Notes under the pieces: model-generated | Told to the model about the DNA's origin: nothing | Database searches by the model: none | Seen by the model: the letters and a program-made list of their open reading frames with translations, nothing else | Made by a program: the position numbers and the translations under genes | Origin: Candidatus Binataceae bacterium | Lineage (GTDB): Bacteria > Desulfobacterota > Binatia > Binatales > Binataceae | Direction of reading: 5' to 3' | Length of the DNA: 64,000 nucleotides | Assembly: GCA_963752805.1 (NCBI GenBank) | Contig: CAVWAA010000003.1 | Coordinates: 31,233-95,232 of the forward strand | Shown: piece after piece, positions 20,757-31,866 of the stretch | Layout: each line of letters starts with the position of its first letter | Position numbering within the stretch: position 1 is the first letter of the stretch

Positions 20757-21500
20757 CTATTCGACTTTGACCACAACCTCGCGCGGCAACAGTTCAATCA
20801 AATGATCAAACGCACATTCGACATATTTGCGATCCTTCGATTCAAGCGTAAGCTTGACACGATATTCGGGATTGCCAATGCGTGGGTAGGAGCCGAGCAG
20901 CACCGCCGGATACGTCCGAAGACAAGCATTGAGATATTCGGCGATGGTGCCTTCACCGGCGCTGGTATAGATCGTCCGGATGTAATATGGGTCGGTAGCA
21001 AAGCGGCCCAGCAAGGCCACCAACTTGGCCTCAAAGATTTGCGGAATACCCGGCAGAATGTAGACGTTTTCGAACTGCACCGTGGGGAAGCGCAGATCAC
21101 CGGCGGCATTCAGCACCGCGCCCTCTGGTACTTCGGCCATCTTCAGCCCGGTTGCCAAGCGCTCATTGAAGTGTAAACGAATCGCGCTCTCCAGTTCGGG
21201 ATGCATAACGATCGGCCGGCCGAACGCGAGTGCGACCGCCGCCATCGTTATGTCATCATGAGTTGGACCGACTCCGCCCGAAGTGATGACGAATTCGAAG
21301 CTGCGAGCGCAGTTAATAACCTCGTCCGCTATTGGCTGAAGTTCATCCGGAACCACGGCGATGCGCTTGAGTGCCACACCAATTTTGCGCAGTTCGCGTG
21401 CCGCGAAATAGGAATTGGTGTCATGCACTTTGCCGGACAGGATTTCGTTCCCCACTACCACCATCCCGCAATCGCGCTCCTGCTTGGCGGCGATCTCCAT
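20757..21500 (-). CDS. Molybdopterin-binding/CinA N-terminal-like protein
   Basis: VGNEILSGKVHDTN, TSGGVGPTHDDIT, LPGIP, GSYP. Confidence 0.88.
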   Translation of the reverse strand: MEIAAKQERDCGMVVVGNEILSGKVHDTNSYFAARELRKIGVALKRIAVVPDELQPIADEVINCARSFEFVITSGGVGPTHDDITMAAVALAFGRPIVMHPELESAIRLHFNERLATGLKMAEVPEGAVLNAAGDLRFPTVQFENVYILPGIPQIFEAKLVALLGRFATDPYYIRTIYTSAGEGTIAEYLNACLRTYPAVLLGSYPRIGNPEYRVKLTLESKDRKYVECAFDHLIELLPREVVVKVE

Positions 21501-21581
21501 TTTTGCGATTCTACAGCAGCCGCGCTTTGAAGCCCAGCGCTCGAACTCCTAGGCTTCCGCCATCACTCAGGTGTTCAAAAA

Positions 21582-22721
21582 TTAGCTCTCGGCCTGGTCG
21601 ATATCGGCTGCCTGGTCCTTCAGGAATTCCTTCAAGCGGCGTTTCAGTCGTGATTCGATTTGGCGGACGCGTTCGCGGCTGATGCCGAAACGGGCGCCGA
21701 CTTCCTGCAAGGTCGGAGGCTCTTCCGCGAGCAGACGAGTGCGAAAGATCTCAAGTTCCTTATCCTTGAGAGTGGCGGCGAACTGCTCGACTTTATCGTG
21801 GGCGAAATTGCGCCACTCTTCACGAGCGGCCGTCTCTTCGGGATTCCACTCTGAATCTGGGATGGCGTCGCCTAGTCGGGTGCCGTCCTCAGGACCAGCA
21901 GGAGCATCTAGCGACACTTCGCTTTGCGCCATCCGCTCCTGCATCTCGCGCACCTCGCTTTCCTTCACCCCCATCCGCTGGGCCAATAATTTCGGCTGCG
22001 CCGTGAACCCTTCAGCTTCGAGCCGCTCGCTCTCTTTGCGAAGGTTGAAGAAGAGCTTACGCTGGGCCTGAGTAGTGCCGATTTTAACCAGCCGCCAGTT
22101 GTTAATTAGATAACGGTAGATATAAGCACGCACCCACCAAACCGCATACGATGGAAAGCGAATCCCGCGATAGGGATCGAAGTTCTTCACCGCTTCCATC
22201 AGGCCGACATTGCCTTCCTGGATAAGATCCAGCAGATTGCGGGACGCTCGTGCAAACTCATTGGCGATCTTTACCACCAGGCGCAGGTTGGCAGTGACCA
22301 GCCGATAAGCGTCTTCCGGATTGCGGTACTTGTGATAACGGCGGGCAATTTCGCTTTCATCTTCCCGGCTGAGAACCGGAAATCGGCGCAGTTCTGCGAG
22401 GTAGCGGCTGAGCGGATCAACCGGAACGAGTTGCCCGCCCGCGGCCGCTTCACCGCCCGCCTGCTCGCCGTCTTCAGAGTTGGGCAATGGACTTTCTGCC
22501 GCGGCTGCGCTGAAGTCTTTGTTCCGCTCGATCAAGCTATCGGCCGGCTCAACCTCGACGGGTTCTTCCGTCGCCGACGGCTCATTGCCGGCCACGATCT
22601 CGACTTCGATTGGCTCGCCTTCAGATAGTTGTGGACCTTGTGCAATGGGACGCCTGGGCTTGCCACCGGGTTTCGGGTGGTTGCTACGCCGAACGCGGCC
22701 AGATTTACGAGGCACTGACAA
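21582..22721 (-). CDS. rpoH: RNA polymerase sigma factor, sigma-32 type
   Basis: LVTANLRLVVKIA, DLIQEGNVGLM, RpoH box VKIGTTQAQRKLFFNLR, ISRERVRQIE. Confidence 0.85.
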   Translation of the reverse strand: MSVPRKSGRVRRSNHPKPGGKPRRPIAQGPQLSEGEPIEVEIVAGNEPSATEEPVEVEPADSLIERNKDFSAAAAESPLPNSEDGEQAGGEAAAGGQLVPVDPLSRYLAELRRFPVLSREDESEIARRYHKYRNPEDAYRLVTANLRLVVKIANEFARASRNLLDLIQEGNVGLMEAVKNFDPYRGIRFPSYAVWWVRAYIYRYLINNWRLVKIGTTQAQRKLFFNLRKESERLEAEGFTAQPKLLAQRMGVKESEVREMQERMAQSEVSLDAPAGPEDGTRLGDAIPDSEWNPEETAAREEWRNFAHDKVEQFAATLKDKELEIFRTRLLAEEPPTLQEVGARFGISRERVRQIESRLKRRLKEFLKDQAADIDQAES

Positions 22722-22898
22722 ATGATTGCGCGGCCCTAACGTCGTTGTGATCGAGAATAGTTAGCGTGCGACTATGCAGTTTGTTCCATCCGGGCCATTA
22801 GCGCTCAACCGATCACGCCCTATACCCGAGAGCTTTCTCGCCGCGGACGAGAACCACTGAGGAACCGGCATCACCAGTCAACACCGGCACCGGCCCGC

Positions 22899-23096
22899 TC
22901 AGTCCTCTCCCGGTTCGACCAGTGTAACTTTGCCGGCGGCGATCTCGCGCAAGGCCGTTACAACTTCCTTGTTATCGGATTCGACCAAAGGACGCGCCCC
23001 CTTTAGAAGTTGTTTGGCACGGCGTGCCGCACCCAAAACCAGCTCGAAACGATTCGGAATGACTTCGAGGCAATCTTCGACAGTAATTCGCGCCAT
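22899..23096 (-). CDS. rpoZ: RNA polymerase omega subunit
   Basis: [37 protein letters not shown]. Confidence 0.96.
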   Translation of the reverse strand: MARITVEDCLEVIPNRFELVLGAARRAKQLLKGARPLVESDNKEVVTALREIAAGKVTLVEPGED

Positions 23097-23105
23097 TATG
23101 ATATG

Positions 23106-23134
23106 ATTTTCCGGCTATATTCGGACCGTGTCAA
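23106..23134 (-). promoter_or_regulatory. Putative sigma70 promoter of rpoZ
   Basis: TTGACA-N17-GAAAAT ending 9 nt before the ATG. Confidence 0.45.
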
Positions 23135-23170
23135 CGCGGCGTTCGCGACGCGGCGTGCCAAATGGAGACA

Positions 23171-23953
23171 TCACGTTTGCGCTGGCAGACCGGCTTGCGA
23201 CCATTGCGCGAACGAGCCGTCGAACAGGCGAACGTCAGCGCCCAATTTGTTCAGCGCCAGGTAGCCCAGAGCGGCGCGCGGTCCGCTGCGGCAGTAGACG
23301 ACCACTTGGTTACTAAGGTCTACGCCGGCAGCATCTGCTATCAGTGCCAGATCTTCAACCGGCTTGAGCATACGTTCCGGCGGCAATCCGAGGTCACGCC
23401 AGGCGATATTTACTGCCCCCGGAATATGGCCCGCTCTGTCCTCGCCTATCGTCGTTGCGCCGGTATATTCTTCGCGGCTGCGGAAATCGACGAATGTAAT
23501 GCCGTGCGCATCGCGAACATCGTCGAGGGTCGCTCGCACGGAGGGGTTTAACCGTCCAGTGAAAGTCTTCCTCGGCTGCGCCACTGGCTTATATAACACC
23601 TCGTGGCCGCTGGCTTTCCACGCCTCGAAGAAGCCGTCCAGAATACAGACATCGGCGCGGCCGAGATATTCCAAAATCCACGCCAGCATTGCCGCGTTCT
23701 GTCCCTCCGGCGAATCATAGACAATTGCGATCGAGTCGTCGCCCAGACCTCCGTTTCCGATCAAGTCAGCCAACGATTGCGGCCCGAGCAGCCGTCCCTC
23801 GGGACCGAAAGCCTGGTAGGCTGGAATGTTGATAGCGCCAGGCAGATGACCCGACAGATACTTCATCGGTCGGCGTGCATCGACCAGCAGAAACTCGCGC
23901 TGCCCCAAATGCTCTACAACCCAATCAATCGACACGAGCTTTGCCATCGGCAA
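23171..23953 (-). CDS. Tandem-domain rhodanese/sulfurtransferase
   Basis: GHLPGA, LDGF, GHIPGAVN, YCRSGPRA, FDGSFAQW. Confidence 0.92.
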   Translation of the reverse strand: MPMAKLVSIDWVVEHLGQREFLLVDARRPMKYLSGHLPGAINIPAYQAFGPEGRLLGPQSLADLIGNGGLGDDSIAIVYDSPEGQNAAMLAWILEYLGRADVCILDGFFEAWKASGHEVLYKPVAQPRKTFTGRLNPSVRATLDDVRDAHGITFVDFRSREEYTGATTIGEDRAGHIPGAVNIAWRDLGLPPERMLKPVEDLALIADAAGVDLSNQVVVYCRSGPRAALGYLALNKLGADVRLFDGSFAQWSQAGLPAQT

Positions 23954-23971
23954 TAACGGCAGTGTCCGCGA

Positions 23972-24505
23972 TCACACCTTCTCGAATTCAGTAATTATCT
24001 GCGTTGGACGCGCGACGGTCTGCGTTACGGGCGAGCCGTCTACCGCCGCCTGCCAGATTTCGCGCAGGATTTTTTCGTCCGCATCAGCTCGCACAAAGCA
24101 TTTGGCCTTAATCGAGGGATAACCGGGATTACCCGAAGGGCTGTGACCCGCCCATTTCAGGATATTTTCAAAATTGCCTTCCAGCGCAATTTCGAGGTCA
24201 TGGATCTTAACCCCGCGCCTGGTCGCATTGAGAACATAACCGACCGTGAGACAGCTGCCGACTGCCGACAACAACTGCTCGTGGGCGCTGGCCGCGGAAT
24301 CTGCCGCGTCAAGTCCTTCAGGTTCATCCAATTCAACCGCGTGCTTACGCATGTAGGCCTTGGCTTTAAAGCCACCTTGCCATACCACGCGCGATTTCCA
24401 CGGTCCGGTGACCGCCCCCAGAAATTCCTTGTCGTCGCGCATCGAGTTCATAATCGAATTAATCTTCTCGACGCGCAGTCCGTTAAGAACTTTTTCTTCC
24501 GCCAT
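23972..24505 (-). CDS. OsmC-family protein (GSCL...SPV type)
   Basis: LDEPEGL, LLSAVGSCLTVGY, PGY, SPVTQTV. Confidence 0.85.
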   Translation of the reverse strand: MAEEKVLNGLRVEKINSIMNSMRDDKEFLGAVTGPWKSRVVWQGGFKAKAYMRKHAVELDEPEGLDAADSAASAHEQLLSAVGSCLTVGYVLNATRRGVKIHDLEIALEGNFENILKWAGHSPSGNPGYPSIKAKCFVRADADEKILREIWQAAVDGSPVTQTVARPTQIITEFEKV

Positions 24506-24599
24506 GGAGGTATCCTCGGTGTGTTCGCTTGATGATGATTAAAGCTGCGAGCGAGAGTAAAAGTCTGAGGCTCTTTCGCCGGTCTTTCATCGCCTCTTC

Positions 24600-25768
24600 T
24601 CAGGCGTAGTCGCGCCGTAAGATCTCTGCCGCCTCCGCGATCGCCTGTAATTTGCGGTAGGCAGTCTCAGCATTGTTTACACATCGTTCGGCGAACGTGC
24701 CAAAGCCACAATCAGGGTTAAGATAGATTTTCTCAGGGTCGAAGTACCTGAGCACCTCCCTGACCCGCTCGACAATCTGGACCGGTGTTTCCACCTGGTC
24801 GGTGCGCGGATTAGCTACGCCCAGGCCGAGTTCCTTCTCGTTGCGATATTCTCGAAATACGTCAACTTCGCCTGCCCGCGGCGTCGCCATTTCGAGTACA
24901 AGTTGGCTGACGTTCATCCGCATCAGCCATGGCAGCAGCGGTCCGTAATTACCGGAGAGAAGCACGTCTTCCTTGCGGCTCCAATTGCCACGACAGACAT
25001 GCACACCAAATTTGACGCCGCCGATTCCCTCGACGGTTTCGTTGACCAGCCGCACCGCGAATTCGAGTTCGTCGGCCGGGTCAGAGCGGGAGCCGAGCGC
25101 CGCGCACATGAAGGTCTGTTCGGCCTCGTCGCCATAGACCACCTGCGAAAGAGAGGGTTCGTCGAGTTGGATAAAATCAACCCCGGCGCGTTTGAGCGCC
25201 TCACATTCGCGCCTGAGGATCCGCACAATATCGCGGGCCAGAGCCTCGCGCGTGGGGTAGGCCTGGTCCGAGAGGCCCTCGAACCAGCTTGAGCGTGTGA
25301 GCAGATAGGGTCCGGGAATCGGCACCTTGGTCTGATGGGTGGTGTGAGCCTTGAGGAATTTGGCTTCTTCGACCGCTATTCCAGCCTCATTCTCACGGAC
25401 CTTGCCGACCGCGATCGGACTCTTGATGGCGAAGGCGGGAACGTCGAGCGCGCGGAGGATTTCCTCGAAGCCTGCGCGATCTTTCATGTAGTCCAGCATT
25501 TCGCTCAGCTTCATCAGGCGCATCCCGGACAATTTGTCGACCACGAACGAATAGAAATTGTCGCGGCGCATCTCGCCGTCACTGACGATATCGACCCCGG
25601 CATCCTCCTGATACTTGATCGCCGTGAGCACCGCGTCGTCAGCAATACGGTTGAACTCCTCGGCGGAGATTTCACCCGCCTGGCGGCGGCGCAACGCGTG
25701 CACCAGCCATTCAGGACGTGTCCAGGAGCCAACTACGGTTACCGGAAAAGCTTATCTTGCGGCATCAT
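24600..25768 (-). CDS. Cobalamin-independent methionine synthase II (MetE C-terminal-like) protein; 1-nt deletion near 25745
   Basis: TVVGSWTRPEWL, QEDAGVDIVSDGEMRR, IQLDEP, HVCRGN, NPDCGF; the span is 1169 nt, one short of a whole number of codons. Confidence 0.88.
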
Positions 25769-25900
25769 GAGTGTCCTCGCGGCTTGCGCCGTTCATAGTG
25801 TGGCAAGCGGCTAGCCGCTCACGCAAGCAGCGCTTTTGGTCCTGTTTCACCTGCACCGCTTGTGCTCTTTGACCTGGCTTTTACGTTCGGCGGGCCTGGT

Positions 25901-27349
25901 TCAGCTCGCCGCCGATAATGGTTTTGCGATATGTTCCAGGCTCATCCCTTCGGCTGCAATGCCGAACCACAGTTCAACCCCTGCGGCGCAGAGCATCAGG
26001 CCGGCAGCAATAAGATAACCGAGATAGAGCGCCCCTCGCGAGCCGGTATCGATCAGGAAGCCGAAAAACCACGGCGCGAAGATCCCACCGACAGCGGTTC
26101 CCGCAGAATAGAAGATCGCGATTGCGAGGGCGCGAATTTCGAGCGGAAAAATCTCGCTCACGGTCAAATAGGCTGAACTCGCGGCTGATGACGCGAAGAA
26201 AAACATTAACGACCATAGCGCGGTCTGCGTGGCTGCGCTCAGTGCGTCGCGTTGAAAGAGATAGCCCGTCACGATCAGGATCAACGCCGCGATCGTGAAG
26301 GTGGAGGCGATCATCGGGCGCCGGCCGACGGTGTCGAAGAAATGACCCAGGCTGATCGGGCCCAGGAAATTCGCCAACGCAAACGGCATCAGATAAAGTC
26401 CCGTGATACCGGCCGGAACCTTGTAGTAGCGATTCAACACCAGTGCATACGTGAAGAAGATGGCGTTGTAGAGAAACGCCTGCGCCGCCATCAGCGTCAG
26501 GCCCAGTATGCTGCGGTTGCGATACTCCGCCACCAGCGGCCGTAGGATCACCTCCAGGCCAAAGCGGTGGCGCACGATGATCCTCAGCGGCTCGCCTAAA
26601 TCGGAATCGGTGAGCGGCTTTCCAGCAGCACCGAGTTCTTCTTCGAATTCACGTACAATCTTTTCGGCCTCATTGCGCCGGCCGTGAGTGAAGAGCCAGC
26701 GTGGACTCTCGGGAATAAAGCGGCGAAGATATAGAATCACCATTCCGATAACCGCGCCGACCCCGAAGCCAAGGCGCCATCCGATATTAACTGCGAATAT
26801 TTTCGGATCCAGAATTACCGCGGTCGAAGCTGCACCGGCGAACGCGCCCAGCCAAAAACTGCCGTTGATCATCAAATCGATGCGCCCGCGAAAGCGCGCC
26901 GGGATCAGTTCATCGATCGCAGAGTTCACTGCCGAGTATTCGCCGCCAATCCCGGCGCCCGTCAGAAAGCGAAAGGCGGCGAAGCTTGCGAGATTCCACG
27001 AAACGGCGGTAAGTCCGACCCCAATCAGGTAAGTCGAGAGGCTGACAAAGAAAAAAGTACGGCGCCCGAAGCGATCGGTCAGATGCCCGAAGATCAACGC
27101 GCCGACCACAGCTCCGGTCAGGTAGGCTGAACTGATCGAGCCGATTTGGGCTGCGCTGAAACCAAGTACGTCGCCGCGTTGCAAGACCGCGCTGATGGCG
27201 CCCATCAGTGTGACTTCCAGTCCGTCCAGGATCCAGGTAATGCCGAGGCCGACCACCAGTAACCAGTGGAAGCGGCTCCATGGCAGCCGGTCGAGCCGCG
27301 CAGGGATCATCGTTTCGAAAGTTTCGGGAGTGTCGGCGGCTGAAGGCAT
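25901..27349 (-). CDS. MFS transporter (sugar/metabolite family)
   Basis: RLDRLPWSRFH, LTDRFGRR, GIGGEY, PESPRWL, SEIFPLEIRA. Confidence 0.92.
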   Translation of the reverse strand: MPSAADTPETFETMIPARLDRLPWSRFHWLLVVGLGITWILDGLEVTLMGAISAVLQRGDVLGFSAAQIGSISSAYLTGAVVGALIFGHLTDRFGRRTFFFVSLSTYLIGVGLTAVSWNLASFAAFRFLTGAGIGGEYSAVNSAIDELIPARFRGRIDLMINGSFWLGAFAGAASTAVILDPKIFAVNIGWRLGFGVGAVIGMVILYLRRFIPESPRWLFTHGRRNEAEKIVREFEEELGAAGKPLTDSDLGEPLRIIVRHRFGLEVILRPLVAEYRNRSILGLTLMAAQAFLYNAIFFTYALVLNRYYKVPAGITGLYLMPFALANFLGPISLGHFFDTVGRRPMIASTFTIAALILIVTGYLFQRDALSAATQTALWSLMFFFASSAASSAYLTVSEIFPLEIRALAIAIFYSAGTAVGGIFAPWFFGFLIDTGSRGALYLGYLIAAGLMLCAAGVELWFGIAAEGMSLEHIAKPLSAAS

Positions 27350-27433
27350 CAGGGTGATGGGTCGGGATAGCTGTTCTGTCCGGTGCAAATTACGCTGTGC
27401 ACGGCCGCTGTGTCCACCCGATCAACTCATCGG

Positions 27434-27688
27434 CTACTTCAACGACAAGGCCTTGGAAACTTTGGCGAGGAGTTCGTTGAGCTTTGCGACGATGTCTTGA
27501 GCGGGAGATTTTCCGCGGCCATCAAGCTCCACCTTCAGGCGCAGCCTGAGGTCTAGAGGCCGCGCCGCGTTTCTGAGTTCTGCGAGCTGTTCGGCGAAAG
27601 TCTTGAACACATCGGACTGGGGCGGAGGAGGTAGTGGCGGCGATAGTGCCTTGGGAACGCGGCGCGTAATGTTTTGCGCCGCCACATA
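27434..27688 (-). pseudogene. C-terminal remnant resembling DUF499-type AAA ATPases
   Basis: FAEQLAELRNAA..LRLRLKVELDG..IVAKLNELLAKVS; the 5' side is cut at a Tn3-type end. Confidence 0.4.
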
Positions 27689-27778
27689 GGGGTGACCTCA
27701 AGAAAGGGGCCATTACATACGCTAAAGGCCGCCGACCGTCAATCAGGCAGTTCATTGGACCCAGAGGCGTCGGTCGCG
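27689..27778 (+). repeat. Tn3-family terminal segment, copy 1 (38-39 bp IR plus subterminal sequence)
   Basis: GGGGTGACCTCAAGAAAGGGGCCATTACATACGCTAAAG resembles Tn21-type IRs (GGGG..CCTCAGAAA..ACGCTAAG); 90-bp direct repeat of 38367-38456. Confidence 0.8.
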
Positions 27779-27986
27779 TCGAGGAATATGCATCGCTTTT
27801 ATGCCATGCAACGTGGTAACTGGGTGACACACCCCGCCCGGGGCAAGGCTGCCAATCTGGCACGGAGTGTGATTAAAAATGCTGAGCACCGTTGATCGGC
27901 CACTCCGCAGCGCGCTCTAAGAGCGCCGAGCTCCTTCCGCCGTCCGCGCAGGGGTTGTGGTTTTAACCGGGGCCACAGGAGACACG

Positions 27987-30900
27987 ATGCGCTGTGCGTC
28001 CTGCAACCACGATAACCCCGATGACGCCTCGTTCTGCGAAGAATGCGGAGCGAAGCTGGAGTTGGTTTGTCCAGCGTGCAAAGCATCGGTGAGTCCGGGG
28101 GCGCGATTTTGCAAGAAATGTGGGACTGCAATTGGCCCCACAAAAGCCGCTGCCTCCACGACCGTTGCTTCGCCTAAATCGCAAATCCTAGTCGCCGCCG
28201 ATGGCGCGGGGTCCGGAGCAATCGACGGCGAACGCAAGACGGTGACGGCGCTGTTCGCTGATATCAAGGGCTCGACTGAGTTGATGGAGGACCTCGATCC
28301 TGAAGAGGCGCGCGCGATTATCGACCCGGCGCTGAAGCTGATGATCGAGGCGGTGCGCCGCTACGACGGATACGTGGTGCAATCGACCGGTGACGGCATC
28401 TTCGCCTTGTTCGTCGCGCCGGTGGCGCACGAGGACCATCCGCAACGGGCGTTATATGCGGCTCTCAGGCTGCAGGAGGAGCTGAAACGATATTCGGCAA
28501 AAGTGGTAGCAGACGGCAGCACTCCGATTCAGGGCCGCGTCGGAATCAACACCGGGGAAGTCGTGGTCCGCTCAATTCAGACGGGCGCGGGTCAAGTCGA
28601 ATACACGCCGATCGGACACACCACCAATCTGGCCTCGCGGATGCAGACCGCGGCGCCGGTCGGTTCAATCGCGGTCAGTGAGAATACCCGCAAGCTGTGC
28701 GAGGGCTATTTCATCCTTAAGCCACTCGGTCCCACCAGAGTCAAAGGCGTCGGCGAGCAGGTCAACGTTTACGAGGTGACCGGGCTGGGGCCGCTGCGGA
28801 CGCGGTTGCAACGCGCGGCCGGGCGTGGCCTGACCAAGTTCGTCGGACGTGAGCGCGAGATGGATGCGCTTAAGCATGCCGCCGATCAGGCAAAGTCGGG
28901 GCGCGGGCAAATCGTGGCGGCGATGGCCGAGCCGGGGGTGGGCAAGTCGCGGCTGTACTTCGAGTTCAAGGCCAAGAATCAATCGGGCTGGATAGTGCTG
29001 GAGACGGTTTCGGTTTCGCACGGCAAGGCCAGCGCTTATCTGCCGGTGCTCGATCTTTTGCACGGCTATTTCAAAATCGCGAGTGGGGACGATGAACGCA
29101 CCCGCCGCGAGAAGGTTGCCGGCAGGATCGCGATCCTCGATCGCAGTCTGGAAGATACGCTGCCGTACCTGTTCAGCTTGCTTGGCATTGTCGAGAGCAA
29201 CGACCCCTTGGCGCAGATGGACGGGCAATTGAAGAAGCGGCGGACGCTGGAGGCGATCAAGCGCATCCTGCTGCGCGAGTCGCTCAATCAGCCGCTGATG
29301 GTGCTCTTCGAGGACTTGCACTGGATCGATGAGGCGACCCAGGAATTCCTGAACCTGCTGGCCGACTCGCTTGGCACCGCGAAGCTTTTGCTGCTGGTCA
29401 ACTATCGTCCGGAATACTCACATAAGTGGAGTAGCAAGACTTACTACACGCAATTGCGGCTCGACCCGCTGGGCAAGGAAAGTGCCGGGGAAATGCTCTT
29501 GGCGCTGTTGGGCGACGGCAAGGATTTGATTCCGCTCAAGCAATTGATCATCGACAAGACCGAAGGCAACCCGTTCTTCATGGAAGAGACGGTGCAGGTG
29601 CTGTTCGACGAGGGTGCGCTGGTGCGCGACGGGGCGGCGGCGAAGCTGACGAAGCCGGCCAATGCGCTCAAGATTCCGCCGACAGTGCAAGGGATTCTCG
29701 CCGCGCGCATCGACCGCCTGCCCGCCGATGCCAAGGAGCTGCTGCAAACGCTGGCCGTCATTGGCCGTGAATTCCCAATCTCGCTGATTGGAGCGGTGGT
29801 GACGAAATCCGATGACGAACTCGACCGCCTGCTGAATGACCTGCAACTGGGCGAGTTCATCTACGAGCAGCCGGCAGTGGCCAACACCGAATATATCTTC
29901 AAGCATGCACTGACGCAGGAGGTCGCCTACAACTCGCTGCTGACTGAGCGGCGCAAGCTCGCTGCATGAGGGCGCGGGGATGGCGGCCGAATCGCTGTTC
30001 GCTACGAGTCTTGCACGATCACTACGATGACCTCGCGCACCACTACGGCCGCAGCGGCAACACGCCGAAGGCGGTGAACTACCTGCAGCTGGCCGCGCAG
30101 CAGGCAATGAATCGTTCAGCCTATGTGGAAGCCGAGGGTCAGCTCGTCGCCGCTCTTGAGTTGCTCCGGACGCTACCTGGTGATCCGGAGCGGGCTCGAA
30201 CCGAGCTTGCATTGCTGGTTAGTCAGGCCCGCTGCCGGACTTACATTGGCAGTTCTTCGGCAACTGTCGAAAAGATCCTAAAGCGGGCGCTGCGAAGTCT
30301 CCGAAAAGGTTGGCGACGACGTCAGCCGTTTCGAAATTGTGCGCTCGCTCGCGTTCGCATATCGGCTCCGAGGAGACAACGAGCAGAAAATCGCGCACGC
30401 TCCTTGAGGAACTTCAGGGAATCGCGATACAGGGCAGCCGACCCCGAATTGGTCGCTCGTGCGTGGTGCGAGCTCGCAGTCGCGTCCACGTTCGATGGGA
30501 ACTTCATCGCGGCCTTAGAGGAGTTCGATTGGGTTTCCAAGCTTCCGGTTGGGACCACGCCGTTTGAGGCAATAAGTTTTTGTACGACTAATAGCTGGGC
30601 GTTGTGGTTTTTGGGCTATCCGGAGCGCGCCAAGGCCACTAACAGAAAATTGCTGGCTCTCGGCCGCGAAGTAACGGCCTCCATTTGGTGACCTGGCTTT
30701 GTCCCTGACCTTTTCTGCTTTCCTCAACCTGCTGCTCAGAGATGCCGAGACTGCCGCCTGGTACTCCGACGAAGCCGTCAGGCTGGGCCACGAACATGGT
30801 TTGATGGGCATTCCGGCCGCCTTCAACCACGGTCGGGCCCTGGCGCAGTTGGGACAGATCGAAGAAGGGCTCTCGGAAATGCTGCGATGGCGGACTTACA

Positions 30901-31325
30901 TGAAGACCACTGGGGCCGACACTGCATGGTTCACGTCTGTCGGGGTCGCGGAAGCTTATTTGGCCGCCGGCCGCCCACGGGAGGGACTCGAGGCGGTGAG
31001 TGAGGGACTCGAACTGGTACAGCGCACCGGCACCAGGATATTTGAAGCCGAAATGCGAAGGCTCAAAGGCGAGCTTCTATTGATGGGCGACAAACGTACG
31101 GAAGCGGAAGCCGCTCGATGCTTTGGTGATGCAATCGAAGTCGCGCGCCGGCAAAGCGCAAAATCGCTTGAGCTGCGCGCTACGATGAGCCTCGCGCGGC
31201 TGCTCGACAAGCAGGGCCGTCGCAACGAAGCGCGCACGATACTCAGCGAAATCTACGGCTGGTTCACCGAAGGCTTCGACACCCCCGACCTCAAAGAGGC
31301 GAAGGCGCTCCTGGAACAGTTGTAA
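27987..31325 (+). CDS. Double zinc ribbon + class III adenylate/guanylate cyclase + AAA ATPase + TPR protein (several frameshifts after 29960)
   Basis: Four CxxC, ERKTVTALFADIKGST, GDGI, GEVVV, EPGVGKSRL, FEDLHWID, FKHALTQEVAY, WFTEGFDTPDL. Confidence 0.88.
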
Positions 31326-31545
31326 GGCAGCGCCTGCTTAGCTCCGTTGTTGTCGATCTTGGGCCGTCCGTCTTCGGCGCAGCGCGTCAGGGCGACCCAG
31401 TTGCGCAGCGCGTAGCCGATGGCTGCACCGAGCGGCCTCTTCGGTAACGCCGGCCGCCTGCTGCTCCCCTGCAGATGCGCTTGTAGTTTCGCCAGGATCG
31501 GCCGCGCCTGCACCTGCTCCTGCCGCAGCCGCTGTCGTGCGGGAG
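31326..31545 (-). mobile_element. IS66 transposase (TnpC) fragment
   Basis: LPKRPLGAAIGYALRNWVALTR..EDGR..IDNN. Confidence 0.8.
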
Positions 31546-31866
31546 CCTTTCAAACGGAGGAACTGTCCCAGACCGTTCTGATAAAACCTATCCGGGCTAA
31601 AACCAGGCAGGGTTACCTGCCTTAGGGTACTTTATATAACACTGAGCTAAAATGCCCAAATTGGCCTTAAACCTAGCGAAGGCTCAAATTCCGGCTGCCC
31701 GGGCACGGATGTAATTGTCGGCTATTAATCCCGCAATTGAATAATCTCCGTTCTTTCTTCGCTTAGATGAACGATTGCACTCAGATTTATTAACACCAAC
31801 ATATGATTGCATGCATTTAAATTCCCGTGTAATAGTGAATGTCATCGTCGAATAGGAGTCAACAGC

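Noticed and set aside
27858-27874. Sigma54-like promoter TGGCACGGAGTGTGA before the cyclase
   Set aside because: The -12 position reads GA instead of the required GC.
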